Source: Candidatus Falkowbacteria bacterium RIFOXYC2_FULL_36_12
GTDB lineage: Bacteria; Patescibacteriota; Patescibacteriia; UBA11705
DNA: 64,000 bases
Assembly (NCBI GenBank): GCA_001778235.1
Contig: MFGJ01000008.1
Location: forward strand, 61,313-125,312
Reading direction: 5' to 3'
Shown: piece after piece, positions 20,097 to 30,014 of the stretch
Layout: the number at the start of each line of letters is the position of its first letter
How positions within the stretch are numbered: position 1 is the first letter of the stretch
The notes under the pieces: model-generated
Told to the model about the DNA's origin: nothing
The model's database searches: none
What the model saw: the letters and a program-made list of their open reading frames with translations, nothing else
Program-made: the position numbers and the translations under genes

Positions 20097-20639
20097 CTAA
20101 GCCGTGTTTCTACCAACTGTCGGCAAAAATTCCAGTTTTGATTTACCAATCGCCAATATCAATGGTTTGTCCAATTCTCGACCTTCATGGTTCATCAAGG
20201 CCAGAGCACAACTACGATGCATCCCCTCAATCACAAAATTTTTACCACCCACAGTCAAAACAGTAATGACTTTACTATCTGGAAAATTATTTTTCATAGC
20301 TTGAATCGTCGGAATTGCTACAATCTCTGACATCTCTGCCAATTCAACAAATTTCTTTGTTACTTCTCCACCATAATATTTTTCAATCCAAGTACGAAAA
20401 GGTCCGCCATACATTCCAGCAATTACTTCAGCTGGTTTGTCAATCTGATACAATCCCCAATCAGCATTCATGCAGTCAAATCGATCAGCATAACCACACA
20501 ATCTCCATTCAGCCCAAGAAGCAAAACCTCTTTCCATTGCCAATTTTTGCCAACTAGGATTTTCACCTTCATTCAAATACCAAAAAAGAAAAACCTCTTC
20601 CCATTTTAACCTACGAATTAGCTTAAATTCACTTTTCAT
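20097..20639 (-). CDS. Hypothetical protein with ParB/Srx-like GxHR motif
   Basis: VIEGMHRSCAL near the C-terminus; purine-rich RBS before MKSEF. The ORF-track N-terminus overlaps tRNA-Gln. Confidence 0.65.
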   Translation of the reverse strand: MKSEFKLIRRLKWEEVFLFWYLNEGENPSWQKLAMERGFASWAEWRLCGYADRFDCMNADWGLYQIDKPAEVIAGMYGGPFRTWIEKYYGGEVTKKFVELAEMSEIVAIPTIQAMKNNFPDSKVITVLTVGGKNFVIEGMHRSCALALMNHEGRELDKPLILAIGKSKLEFLPTVGRNTA

Positions 20640-20769
20640 GGTTAACTCGCCTTTCCCTTTATGGTTATATCTTTTTATAATTTTACAATGAATAAAAACT
20701 CTATAAACAGTGAAAGTTTTTCTTTTACTTACCATGTATTGACAGCCAACAAAGTTAGCAACTAATACA

Positions 20770-20843
20770 TGGCTCGGAGGCAGGGACTCGAACCCCAATA
20801 GCCAGGACCAAAACCTGGAGTCCTACCATTAGACGACCTCCGA
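20770..20843 (-). tRNA. tRNA-Gln(TTG)
   Basis: TCGGAGG/CCTCCGA acceptor, CCAGG-TT-TTG-GT-CCTGG, GGTTCGAGTCC, 3' GCCA. Confidence 0.96.
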
Positions 20844-20871
20844 ACAATATTTATTAATTTAAAATAAGACT

Positions 20872-20939
20872 CTTGCCTGCCGACCTGTCCACCGAAGCTC
20901 TAAAGAGCATAGGAGGAAGCTGAAGTTAGCGTAGGCAAG
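20872..20939 (+). repeat. Nested CYTG-hairpin micro-insertions upstream of tRNA-Gln
   Basis: Outer CTTGCCTGCCGA^AGCTGAAGTTAGCGTAGGCAAG with inner CCTGTCCACCGAAGCTCTAAAGAGCATAGGAGGA (20884-20917). Confidence 0.75.
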
Positions 20940-21052
20940 GCTTCCGAAGAACATCTTAACTTTTACAATTTTATATATAAAAAAGTTTAGATACAAAAAT
21001 ATACTACCAAAAAACCCAGCATAAGTCAATTCTATTTATAATATTAATCCAT

Positions 21053-21514
21053 TCAAACCCTCTCCTCAACAAACTCGCGTAATTCTTTACTTCTTAAATT
21101 AATTAAGGAAGCCTGCTTCTGCTCCTCTTCAGTATTTTTCCAATTCCTAGCCAAATATTCTGCTTCAGTCACCAATTTATTAAAAGCAGCTCTAGCGCGA
21201 TCAAAATCAGTATATTTTTTATGACTATTCATCCGAGCAGCAGTATATTGCAAAACACCTAAAAAATGAGCCACATGCCACAAATTTTCGTGTATATCCT
21301 GTCCAGTCATTAGTTCTACTTTAGCTTTTTCCAAATCTCTTTCAACCATATCCCTAAAATTATTTGACGGCCTGTCTGGATTCAAATCACCTTGCTGTTC
21401 AAGCACCACAGCATGAGCAAGTTGTTCATCAATATTACCCACTTTATAACCCTGACCTAATATTTTATCAACTGAATCCAGCTGACCTTGATTCTTTGGC
21501 TCTTCAACAGTCAT
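21053..21514 (-). CDS. Hypothetical protein
   Basis: 153-aa helical ORF in line with its neighbours. Confidence 0.65.
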   Translation of the reverse strand: MTVEEPKNQGQLDSVDKILGQGYKVGNIDEQLAHAVVLEQQGDLNPDRPSNNFRDMVERDLEKAKVELMTGQDIHENLWHVAHFLGVLQYTAARMNSHKKYTDFDRARAAFNKLVTEAEYLARNWKNTEEEQKQASLINLRSKELREFVEERV

Positions 21515-21527
21515 ATTTTTTTATCAA

Positions 21528-21968
21528 TTAATTAAAATAAGCTAAACCGATTATGAGCAAAAATAGCCCAGCAATAATGATCTCAATCGGTATTGCAATA
21601 TGTTCAGCATAAAAGTAAGCTATTTCAGGTTTATTTCTGTTATAAAAAATTTGTGCTTGTTCAGGAATTTTCTTCAACAATTTTTGCGCTTTATTTTCAG
21701 TCAATAGATGGTTTGAAGGAAACAATTTTTCGCCTTTATATTGCTTTCCATCTACTGAATATTCAAACTCAACCGCTACTTCGTACACCGATTTTAACGA
21801 CCCAGCTCGCGCTGCTGGATGTTTTGAAAAAACTACCTCCTTATTTAAAACTTTAGCTTCAGTCCTCGGCCATTTTTTTATTTTTAACACCTTTATGCCG
21901 TACAACAAACCAGCAAAAAACATTACCAGACCAAGCAAAAAAGAAATTAAATACCCAATTTTGTCCAT
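21528..21968 (-). CDS. DUF3592-like membrane protein
   Basis: TM-WP.T.A.V...FEYSVDGKQY...FYN..KPE.A-TM architecture. Confidence 0.75.
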   Translation of the reverse strand: MDKIGYLISFLLGLVMFFAGLLYGIKVLKIKKWPRTEAKVLNKEVVFSKHPAARAGSLKSVYEVAVEFEYSVDGKQYKGEKLFPSNHLLTENKAQKLLKKIPEQAQIFYNRNKPEIAYFYAEHIAIPIEIIIAGLFLLIIGLAYFN

Positions 21969-22000
21969 ACATTTTTATTTTATAAAATAATTATTTTACT

Positions 22001-22375
22001 TTATAAGCTTATAGCCGCAACTAAAATACATGCTTCTATTTCAATATTTAAATTCAAACTTTCTGCTTTTTTAATCACTTGTTCATCAAAGCTTCCAGGC
22101 TGAAACCACAGATTATCAAAACCCAACTCTTTTGCTTGCTCCACAATCTGTAAACTCACAGCTGGTGGAACCACTATAGATATTATATCAGGTTTTTCTG
22201 GTAATTCCTTCAAACTGTGCCAAACTCGTAAGCCACCAATACAATCTGCTTTAGGATTTACTGGATAAACTTTCACCCCCTTGACCTTCAAAGTATTCAA
22301 AATCTTATTGCCATACTTCTCCGGGTCAGCAGAGGCACCAACCACAGCTACAATTTTATTCTTTGTTAATCTCAT
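22001..22375 (-). CDS. CoA-binding protein (YccU-like)
   Basis: AVVGASADPEKYG, VYPVNP, WFQPGS, ACIL. Confidence 0.92.
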   Translation of the reverse strand: MRLTKNKIVAVVGASADPEKYGNKILNTLKVKGVKVYPVNPKADCIGGLRVWHSLKELPEKPDIISIVVPPAVSLQIVEQAKELGFDNLWFQPGSFDEQVIKKAESLNLNIEIEACILVAAISL

Positions 22376-22433
22376 ATAATTTCTTAAGATATAACCACAA
22401 TCTTGAAAGCATTGGGGGCTAAAAATTTTATTT

Positions 22434-22635
22434 TGTCATCCTGAATCCTGTCTGCCGAAAGGCAGGTTGTTTCAGGATATAACAAAAATAATCAAACTAT
22501 CCCTTTATACTCTGAAATCCATCTTCGTTAAAACTTCGCTGGACAAGCAAGTTCAGAGTGACAAATTTACATGTAGAAACCAAAAATACCAGCTAACCTT
22601 CCTTGTCCGCCCTCATCATGCAGTCAAAACAGAGT
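22434..22635. repeat. REP-like inverted pair (TGTC + CCTGAA..TTCAGG hairpins), each carrying a micro-insertion
   Basis: Insertions at 22447-22466 and 22518-22547; about 75 bp nearly identical to 55053-55128. Confidence 0.85.
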
Positions 22636-22738
22636 CCGAGTGCTTTCTGAACTATAAACTACTCAATACCTTAACTAAATCATTATATCTCATCACTAAT
22701 TTTTGTAACCTTTTGTAATTATTTTGTATTTTTGTAAT

Positions 22739-24385
22739 CTAATCTATCAACCTCGGTTTCATCGACGCAACTCCTGCTTCAATCAAAGCATTAAACAACG
22801 GATGACCTTCAAGCGGACGAGACTTAAACTCTGGATGAAATTGCACACCAACAAAGAACGGATGCTCTGGCAATTCAATTATCTCTACCAATCTATTGTC
22901 TGGTGAAACCCCGGCGATTAACATACCAGCTTGTTCCATTTTCTGTCGAAAATCATTATTAAATTCATAACGATGTCTATGCCTTTCAGAAATATTTTTC
23001 TCTTTGTAAGCGATATAAGATTTCGACCTCTCATCCAAAACACATGGATAAGCACCAAGTCTCATAGTCGAACCATAATTGCTCTCTTCAATATTTTTTA
23101 CCTGATCAGCCATTAGATGAATAACTTGATTCGGAGATTGATCATTTATTTCAGTCGAAGTTGCATCATGTATACCCAGAACATTTCTGGCAAATTCAAT
23201 CGTAGCCAACTGCATACCATAACACAATCCCAAATAAGGTATCTTATTTTCTCTGACAAATTTTATTGCATTGATTTTACCTTCAATTCCTCTTGAGCCA
23301 AATCCTCCAGGTACAATTACCGCATGATACTGTCTCAAAGACTCCAAATTACTTTCATCTTGTTCAAAATCCCCAGAATCAAGCCAATCAATTTTTGGCT
23401 TCCGACCATGTTTCCAACAGGCATGCTTCACCGCTTCAATCACTGAAATATATGAATCAGTCAAAACATAATCACCAGTATGAAAATATTTACCCACAAT
23501 CCCGATTTTTATTTCCTCTGTTGCATTTTTTATTCTAGAAACTAACTGCTCCCAATTTTTTAAACCTGGAGCATTATATTTTTCTGACCAGCCAAACTTT
23601 TTTAAAATCAAATCACCCAAATTTTCTTTTTCAAAATTGAGAGGGACTTCATAAACATACTCAATATCAGGAGCTGAAATAATATGATCTTTGAACATAT
23701 TGCCATTCAAAGCAATCTTTTTCTTTCTGACATCATCAATTGGTTGTTCTGCTCGACAAATCACAAAATCTGGTTGAATACCAGCAGAATTCAAAGTCCT
23801 AATTGCATATTGTGTTGGCTTGGTCTTCATCTCCCCAATCTTTGACGGTATTGGCAGAAATGAAACCAAAACAAAAACCACATCACTGATATTATTCATC
23901 TTCATCATTCTAGCAGCTTCTAGAAATAGCATATTTTGATATTCACCAACCGTTCCTCCAACTTCCACAATTGTAATATCTGCATCAGCTTTTTTCCCAG
24001 CTTTGGTAATCCTATCAATTATTTCTTCTGGGATATGGGGTACAACCTCAACACATTTTCCGCCATATTCCAAATTTCTTTCTCTTTCAATCACTGACTG
24101 ATAAACTCGACCGGTGGTCATGTAATTTATTGAATATATATTTGTTCCCAAAAATCTTTCATAATTCCCCAAATCCTGATCAGTCTCATCCCCATCTTCG
24201 GTCACGAAAACTTCTCCATGTTCTGTCGGATTCATCGTCCCCGCATCAACATTTATATATGGGTCAATTTTTATAGCCGTCACAGAATAACCTTTTGCTT
24301 GCAAAATCCGACCAATTGAAGCCACCGCAATACCCTTGCCTACTCCGCTCATCACTCCTCCTACAACAAACACATATTTAGACAT
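22739..24385 (-). CDS. pyrG: CTP synthase
   Basis: GGVMSGVGKG, KIDPYINVDAGTMNP, KTKPTQ, LGLCYGMQ, ERHRHRYE, QFHPEF. Confidence 0.99.
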   Translation of the reverse strand: MSKYVFVVGGVMSGVGKGIAVASIGRILQAKGYSVTAIKIDPYINVDAGTMNPTEHGEVFVTEDGDETDQDLGNYERFLGTNIYSINYMTTGRVYQSVIERERNLEYGGKCVEVVPHIPEEIIDRITKAGKKADADITIVEVGGTVGEYQNMLFLEAARMMKMNNISDVVFVLVSFLPIPSKIGEMKTKPTQYAIRTLNSAGIQPDFVICRAEQPIDDVRKKKIALNGNMFKDHIISAPDIEYVYEVPLNFEKENLGDLILKKFGWSEKYNAPGLKNWEQLVSRIKNATEEIKIGIVGKYFHTGDYVLTDSYISVIEAVKHACWKHGRKPKIDWLDSGDFEQDESNLESLRQYHAVIVPGGFGSRGIEGKINAIKFVRENKIPYLGLCYGMQLATIEFARNVLGIHDATSTEINDQSPNQVIHLMADQVKNIEESNYGSTMRLGAYPCVLDERSKSYIAYKEKNISERHRHRYEFNNDFRQKMEQAGMLIAGVSPDNRLVEIIELPEHPFFVGVQFHPEFKSRPLEGHPLFNALIEAGVASMKPRLID

Positions 24386-24395
24386 AATAATATTA

Positions 24396-24827
24396 TTATT
24401 CAACAATAATTTTTATTTTGCTCTTAAATCCCTCTAAATTTATTTCAACCTCATATTCACCAACTTTACTAATCGGCTGATCTAACTTTACTTGTGATTC
24501 TTTGACTTCAAAACCACGCTGATTTAACATCTCAATTATTTTTCGATTATTTATTTTTGCAAACAAACTACCATGCTCATCAGATTTTTGTTCCAAATTC
24601 AAAATAAACCCCTTCAATCTGTTAGCTAATTTTTTCCAATCAAAATTTTCTTTTTTTCCAACCTGTTTTTTCTGCACCAAACTATTCGCCAAATCAATAT
24701 TTTTCTTTGTTGCAGGCAAAGCAACCATTTGTGGAATCAAAAAATTGATTGCAAAACCATCAGCCACCTCTTTCACCTCCCCCAATTTACCTGACTTACT
24801 ATTAACTTTTATAAATACAACTTTCAT
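24396..24827 (-). CDS. rplI: 50S ribosomal protein L9
   Basis: MKV.F....GKLGEVKEVADGFAINFLIP, G.LF, PI.KVGEY.V. Confidence 0.92.
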   Translation of the reverse strand: MKVVFIKVNSKSGKLGEVKEVADGFAINFLIPQMVALPATKKNIDLANSLVQKKQVGKKENFDWKKLANRLKGFILNLEQKSDEHGSLFAKINNRKIIEMLNQRGFEVKESQVKLDQPISKVGEYEVEINLEGFKSKIKIIVE

Positions 24828-24979
24828 ATTTTTTAAAATAAAAAGATGAATAAATTTCACCTCCTGATTGGATTGACAACCTCTAGCTATATTTTACCAC
24901 ACTTTAATCTGCATACAAACCCCTCTTAATCACTTGGTCAAACCAGTATCAAATGCCTAACTTATTACTATTCTATAAC

Positions 24980-25006
24980 AAAAACAAGGCAAAAAGCCTT
25001 GTTTTT
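24980..25006. terminator. Intrinsic terminator after ctpA
   Basis: AAAAACAAGGC-AAAAA-GCCTTGTTTTT. Confidence 0.75.
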
Positions 25007-25024
25007 ATATAAATAAAATAAATT

Positions 25025-26263
25025 TTATTTCAAATACTCTAACGCTGCTTGAAGTTGATTATCCACCCCCTTGGCCAAAGCCTCTAAATCTAACTCTAAA
25101 TTAATATCAGGCTCAATACCTATATCACTTATTGAATTACCATTTGGTGTTAACCACTTAGCTGTTGTAATTTTCAACGAAGAACCATCAGACAATCTTT
25201 TTAATTCCTGAACAGAGCCTTTACCGTATGTTTTTGTACCAATCAATTTTGCAGTACCATAATCTTTAAATGCTCCAGCCACGATTTCAGATCCAGAAGC
25301 TGAACCTCCATTTACCAAAACAGCAGTTTTTATCCCTTCAAAAGTTGCTTTACCTTTTGCTTTATAAAATATTTGCCGTCCATCACTAAACTTTTCTAAT
25401 ACAATATCTGTATCTGATTTAAGCCATTTAGAAGCCACATCATTGGCAATATTTAATAATCCTCCAGGATTATTTCGCAAATCTAGAACAATGCCCTTTA
25501 TATTTTTACCTTTTGCTTCTTTCTCAATTTGCGCCATTAGACTATCAGTATCCTGATAAAAACCAGCAAGTTTTATATACAAAATATTATCCTTTCGAAA
25601 TTCCCATTTAACACTTTTTATCTCAATTTTTTCTCTTTTCACCACAATTTCCATTGGGTTTTCTTCATTTCGCAAAACTAGCAAAGTCACCGTCGTACCT
25701 TCTGGTCCTCGAATCAACTTAGCAGCTTTTTCAATCGTCATATCTGTCGTGTCAATATTATCAATAGAATAAATCTTATCACCACTGACCAAACCAGCTT
25801 TCTCTGCCGGAGAATCAGCCATTGGAGCAACTACCGTTAATCTACCATCTCTGATGCCAATCTCTGCTCCAATTCCTTCAAATTCAGCATTTATATCCTG
25901 GTCAAATTCTTTGGTTTTTTCAGGATCAAGAAAAACAGTATAAGGATCGCCGAGTCCACTGGCAAACCCTTCAATCGCTCCATAGTACAATTTGGAAACA
26001 TCAATATTATCCTTATCAACATAACTATTTTTTATATATCCCCAAACAACTCGAAGCAAATCACTATCCAACACTTTTGGCAATTCACTGGCAGATAAAC
26101 TATTTTCATAATAATTTACAACCTTGCTAAAACCTCCTGTATTTATTTTACCAACATAAAAACCACCACTAAAAGCAATCAACACCAAGACAACAATCAA
26201 ATACCATAATGTGAATTTTCGTATCGGCTTCGAACTATTTTTGTTATAAAAATCATTTTGCAT
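25025..26263 (-). CDS. ctpA: S41A carboxyl-terminal protease with PDZ domain
   Basis: DPYT, FEGIG, DLRNNPGG, SASGSEI, TYGKGSVQ. Confidence 0.95.
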   Translation of the reverse strand: MQNDFYNKNSSKPIRKFTLWYLIVVLVLIAFSGGFYVGKINTGGFSKVVNYYENSLSASELPKVLDSDLLRVVWGYIKNSYVDKDNIDVSKLYYGAIEGFASGLGDPYTVFLDPEKTKEFDQDINAEFEGIGAEIGIRDGRLTVVAPMADSPAEKAGLVSGDKIYSIDNIDTTDMTIEKAAKLIRGPEGTTVTLLVLRNEENPMEIVVKREKIEIKSVKWEFRKDNILYIKLAGFYQDTDSLMAQIEKEAKGKNIKGIVLDLRNNPGGLLNIANDVASKWLKSDTDIVLEKFSDGRQIFYKAKGKATFEGIKTAVLVNGGSASGSEIVAGAFKDYGTAKLIGTKTYGKGSVQELKRLSDGSSLKITTAKWLTPNGNSISDIGIEPDINLELDLEALAKGVDNQLQAALEYLK

Positions 26264-26265
26264 AA

Positions 26266-27522
26266 TTAATCAACTACTCTTTTTATTTCAGCCCCTAATT
26301 TTTGTAAGCGTTTTTCAATTTGAGAATAACCTCTATCAATCTGATAAATATTATCAATCTCTGTTGTTCCTTCGGCTACCAAACCAGCCAATACCATGGC
26401 AAACCCTGCACGAAGATCAGGGCTGGTCAACCTGCGACCATATAGTTTTGTCGGACCATTTACAATCACACGATGTGGATCACACATGATAATATTCGCA
26501 CCCATCATTTTTAACATATCAGTATAGAACAATCTTCCTTCAAAAATAGTTTCATGAACCAAACTCATACCATCAGCTTGAGTTAAGAGCACAGTAAACG
26601 GTTGTTGTAAATCAGTTACAAATCCTGGATATTCGTGAGTCTGAACATCAACAGCTTTTATTTTCACCCCACCAAAAACTTGAACCCAATCCTTGCCCAA
26701 TTGATAATCAATTCCCATCCGATCAAACATCGCCCAAAGAGATTCAAGATGATCAGGTCGACAATTTACTATTTTTATATCATCACCAATCAAAGCTCCA
26801 AGTATAGCAAATGATCCAGCTTCAATTCGATCAGGAATTACTTCATAAGTATCAGCGGTAAGTTCTTTTACACCCTCAATTTTAATCGTGTTTGTACCAG
26901 CTCCTTCAATTTTTGCACCAACACGATTCAAATATTCCGCCAATACTTGAATTTCTGGTTCACAAGCAGCATTTTTCAAAACAGTTGTTCCTTCAGCCAT
27001 TGTCGCTGCCATCATTAGCGCCTCCGTTACAGTCACTGAAATTTTCGGAAAAATGTAAGTCATGCCTTTAAACTTTTTGCACTTGAATGTATAGCCATCA
27101 TTATCCTCCTTTATTTCAGCACCCAATTTTTTATAACCTTCAATAAATAAATCTATTGGCCTTTGACCGATTGCACATCCACCGGGATGAGGCATTCTCA
27201 CCTCACCCGACCTGATTAACAACGGTCCAACCAAAAGAACTGAAGCTCTAATCTTTGAAACCAATGTGGGATCAAGCTCTGTTGTTGCTATTTCCTTTGT
27301 CTGCAAAGTCAATGTACTTCCTTCACGATGAACTTCTGTTCCAATTGCTTCCATCAATTCAAGCAAACGATTTATTTCCTCAATGTTCGGCACATTAGTC
27401 ACAATCATTTTTTTATCAGACAAAATTGAAGCAGCCAATATTTTCAGCGCTGCATTTTTCGCACCCATAACCTCAATTTCACCGCTTAATCTTTTACCCC
27501 CTGTAATAATAAATTTTGACAT
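26266..27522 (-). CDS. murA: UDP-N-acetylglucosamine 1-carboxyvinyltransferase
   Basis: GAKNAAL, PGGCAIGQRPID, PDRIEAG, YPGFVTDLQ, DLRAG, IDRGY. Confidence 0.98.
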   Translation of the reverse strand: MSKFIITGGKRLSGEIEVMGAKNAALKILAASILSDKKMIVTNVPNIEEINRLLELMEAIGTEVHREGSTLTLQTKEIATTELDPTLVSKIRASVLLVGPLLIRSGEVRMPHPGGCAIGQRPIDLFIEGYKKLGAEIKEDNDGYTFKCKKFKGMTYIFPKISVTVTEALMMAATMAEGTTVLKNAACEPEIQVLAEYLNRVGAKIEGAGTNTIKIEGVKELTADTYEVIPDRIEAGSFAILGALIGDDIKIVNCRPDHLESLWAMFDRMGIDYQLGKDWVQVFGGVKIKAVDVQTHEYPGFVTDLQQPFTVLLTQADGMSLVHETIFEGRLFYTDMLKMMGANIIMCDPHRVIVNGPTKLYGRRLTSPDLRAGFAMVLAGLVAEGTTEIDNIYQIDRGYSQIEKRLQKLGAEIKRVVD

Positions 27523-27725
27523 AAAAATATTAAATTTAACCAATTTTAGTTAATTTCAAGTACTATTCCCTTAAAATAGATTATTGTTATTATATAAATT
27601 TATCCAACGAATAGCAAGTTTACTTTACCATATTCTCATCAAAATTTCAAGCCTGATTGAATCATCAAAGATTGAAAAATAATCAGAAATATGCTAGTAT
27701 ATAATCATGCAACTAATCATTAGTT

Positions 27726-29084
27726 ATGAATATACACTCTCGTAGATTTTTAGCCGGTTTTTTCATTTTAATTTTTATTATAATTGCACCACTTTTGATT
27801 TTGTATACAGCTGGCTACCGTTATAGTATCAAAAAACAAAGATTAACTTCTGCTGGTTCTCTTGTGATAGAAACCGAACCCCGTGATGCAACGGTTTATT
27901 TATCAAATCATGACAAGTCTTACAAAACACCCGCCAGAATCAACGACCTCACTTCAAACGATTATCAAATTACAATCACCAAAGATGGATATTATAATTG
28001 GAATAAAACTCTAAAAATTGAATCCCAACAAACAACTTTCGCCGAAAACATCATTTTATTTTCAAAAGCTTCAGCTACACCAATATTACAAAACATCTCC
28101 GGTAATATTTATCCTGACCACCAACATCAAAACATTATTTTTACCCAAGATTCAACCTTAAAAATTTATAATATTGAAACAAATAAAATCCTCACAATCA
28201 AGCAATTGGAAGATAACCAAATTGTCCAAGATATCAACTGGTCAATTAATAACAACTATTTCCTCATTCAATTACATGATAATGATATTATTCAGCACAT
28301 TGTTGCCAATAAAAACAACCCTACAAATACAATTACAATTGAAAATTATCTCCAAGACATCAAAAATCCTGTCGTCAAATTCAATCGAACCAACGATGAT
28401 CGTCTACTCATTCTAAATCAAAATAATTTATATGGCGCTAAAATAAACCTAAGTTCTCTCGAAATATCTACATTCTATAGTTTCCCCAAAGACTTGCTAA
28501 TATCTGATTATTTAGTTTACAAAGATCAAATATTTTTTCTCGAAAAAACCAGCGATAAGCAATATCTCAAAAAAATTGTCCCTACTAATAAAAACAACGA
28601 TAAAAATAATCGAATTCAGCTCTCATCTTCAGAATATCAGTTGATAGATTTCATTGACAATAAAATATTCCTCAAAGACTTTACAAAAAACACTACCTTT
28701 ATTATAAATTCCGGATTAGATAATGTCTTGTTCGAACAAAATGATTTAATTCAGTATGATTTCAATGCCAAATCAAAAAAATTGGCTATGACCACTCCAA
28801 GCGAAATAAATGTAGTAGATTTTAATAATTATCCCTTCAATGTAATAACTGTAATTCGTGTAAGCAATGGTTTGCAAAAAACCTTTTGGTATTTTGATCC
28901 AAACTATCTTATATTTCAAGAAAACAACCAATTAAAAACAATTGAACTTGACGAAAGAGATCAGCGTCACATTATTACCCTTTCACCAGAAAACACCTCT
29001 GATTTTTTTCTTGATTCAACCGGTAAATTTCTTAGTCTACTAACTTCAAATTCAACTTTTGAAAAACTGATACTAATACAATAA
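27726..29084 (+). CDS. PEGA-domain membrane-anchored protein with beta-propeller-like C-terminus
   Basis: N-terminal TM, YTAGYRY, GSLVIETEP.DATVY, TPARI, ITKDGYYNW. Confidence 0.85.
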   Translation: MNIHSRRFLAGFFILIFIIIAPLLILYTAGYRYSIKKQRLTSAGSLVIETEPRDATVYLSNHDKSYKTPARINDLTSNDYQITITKDGYYNWNKTLKIESQQTTFAENIILFSKASATPILQNISGNIYPDHQHQNIIFTQDSTLKIYNIETNKILTIKQLEDNQIVQDINWSINNNYFLIQLHDNDIIQHIVANKNNPTNTITIENYLQDIKNPVVKFNRTNDDRLLILNQNNLYGAKINLSSLEISTFYSFPKDLLISDYLVYKDQIFFLEKTSDKQYLKKIVPTNKNNDKNNRIQLSSSEYQLIDFIDNKIFLKDFTKNTTFIINSGLDNVLFEQNDLIQYDFNAKSKKLAMTTPSEINVVDFNNYPFNVITVIRVSNGLQKTFWYFDPNYLIFQENNQLKTIELDERDQRHIITLSPENTSDFFLDSTGKFLSLLTSNSTFEKLILIQ

Positions 29085-29092
29085 AACAATAC

Positions 29093-29126
29093 AAAAAGAC
29101 AGACTTTCACAAGTCTGTCTTTTTTA
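29093..29126. terminator. Bidirectional terminator between convergent genes
   Basis: AAAAAGACAGACTT-TCAC-AAGTCTGTCTTTTTTT. Confidence 0.85.
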
Positions 29127-29135
29127 TTTAATTTG

Positions 29136-30005
29136 CTATTTATCCAATTGCCAAAATATTTTTAACATAAAACTATATACCACCGCAACCTTAAATCCTC
29201 GGAAAATCAATGAAACAACAATTAGCGTAATAAAACCAACAATCGTTATAATGAATGGCAATAGCCAACCAGAAAATATTAAAAGCAAGAATGCAACCAA
29301 GGCAAACGGCAATATTACCAAAATTATTACAAAAAATTCTGCAATATAGAAAACCAGCGCCAAAACCAATCGGATAACACCTGCTACCACTGATTCCCAA
29401 AAATTTTTAGCCAAGAACTGTATACCCATTTTATACGAATCAAATACCCCTCTATCATACAATACTAAATAAGCATAGCTATAATAACTAAACAAAACAA
29501 CAAATATTCCATAGATAAATAAAAACAACAATAAAGGGTAAAAGAGCCAATCCGTATCAAAATATCTAACCCCGAAAAACATCACAAATAATATGAACAA
29601 ACCCGGAACCAACAATAAAATATTTAGACCAAGCATCCGCCAAAATTTGGCTACACCAAACTTAACATTCCCCCAAAAACCAATTTTTATTCCTAGATTG
29701 TTAGTTCTATCTTTTACTGCCTTGATCAAACCAGTTGTACAAACCACAGAAAACAATGAAATTGCCACAACAATCACAAAGATTATAATAAGCAGTAATA
29801 AAATAGGTAATGTTTGGATTAGCGCAGATATTCTTGAAACAAAATACCCTTCATCAATCAAAGACCAAAATTGACCAACTTCTGTTTTCGTATAAGTCAC
29901 AAAAGAAACACTTGAAGCTACAAATATACCCAAAAACCACAAAACTTTATTCTTCCATGCCAGCATCAGTGAATCCAAGAATAATGGTTTAAATGAAATT
30001 TTCAT
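29136..30005 (-). CDS. Multi-pass membrane protein
   Basis: WKNKVLW.LG, FWRMLG, about 6-7 TM helices. Confidence 0.8.
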   Translation of the reverse strand: MKISFKPLFLDSLMLAWKNKVLWFLGIFVASSVSFVTYTKTEVGQFWSLIDEGYFVSRISALIQTLPILLLLIIIFVIVVAISLFSVVCTTGLIKAVKDRTNNLGIKIGFWGNVKFGVAKFWRMLGLNILLLVPGLFILFVMFFGVRYFDTDWLFYPLLLFLFIYGIFVVLFSYYSYAYLVLYDRGVFDSYKMGIQFLAKNFWESVVAGVIRLVLALVFYIAEFFVIILVILPFALVAFLLLIFSGWLLPFIITIVGFITLIVVSLIFRGFKVAVVYSFMLKIFWQLDK

Positions 30006-30014
30006 ACTTTATTT

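Noticed and set aside
20640-20798. N-terminal extension of ORF 20097-20798; also ORFs 3545-3745 and 17767-18039
   Set aside because: They overlap tRNA genes.
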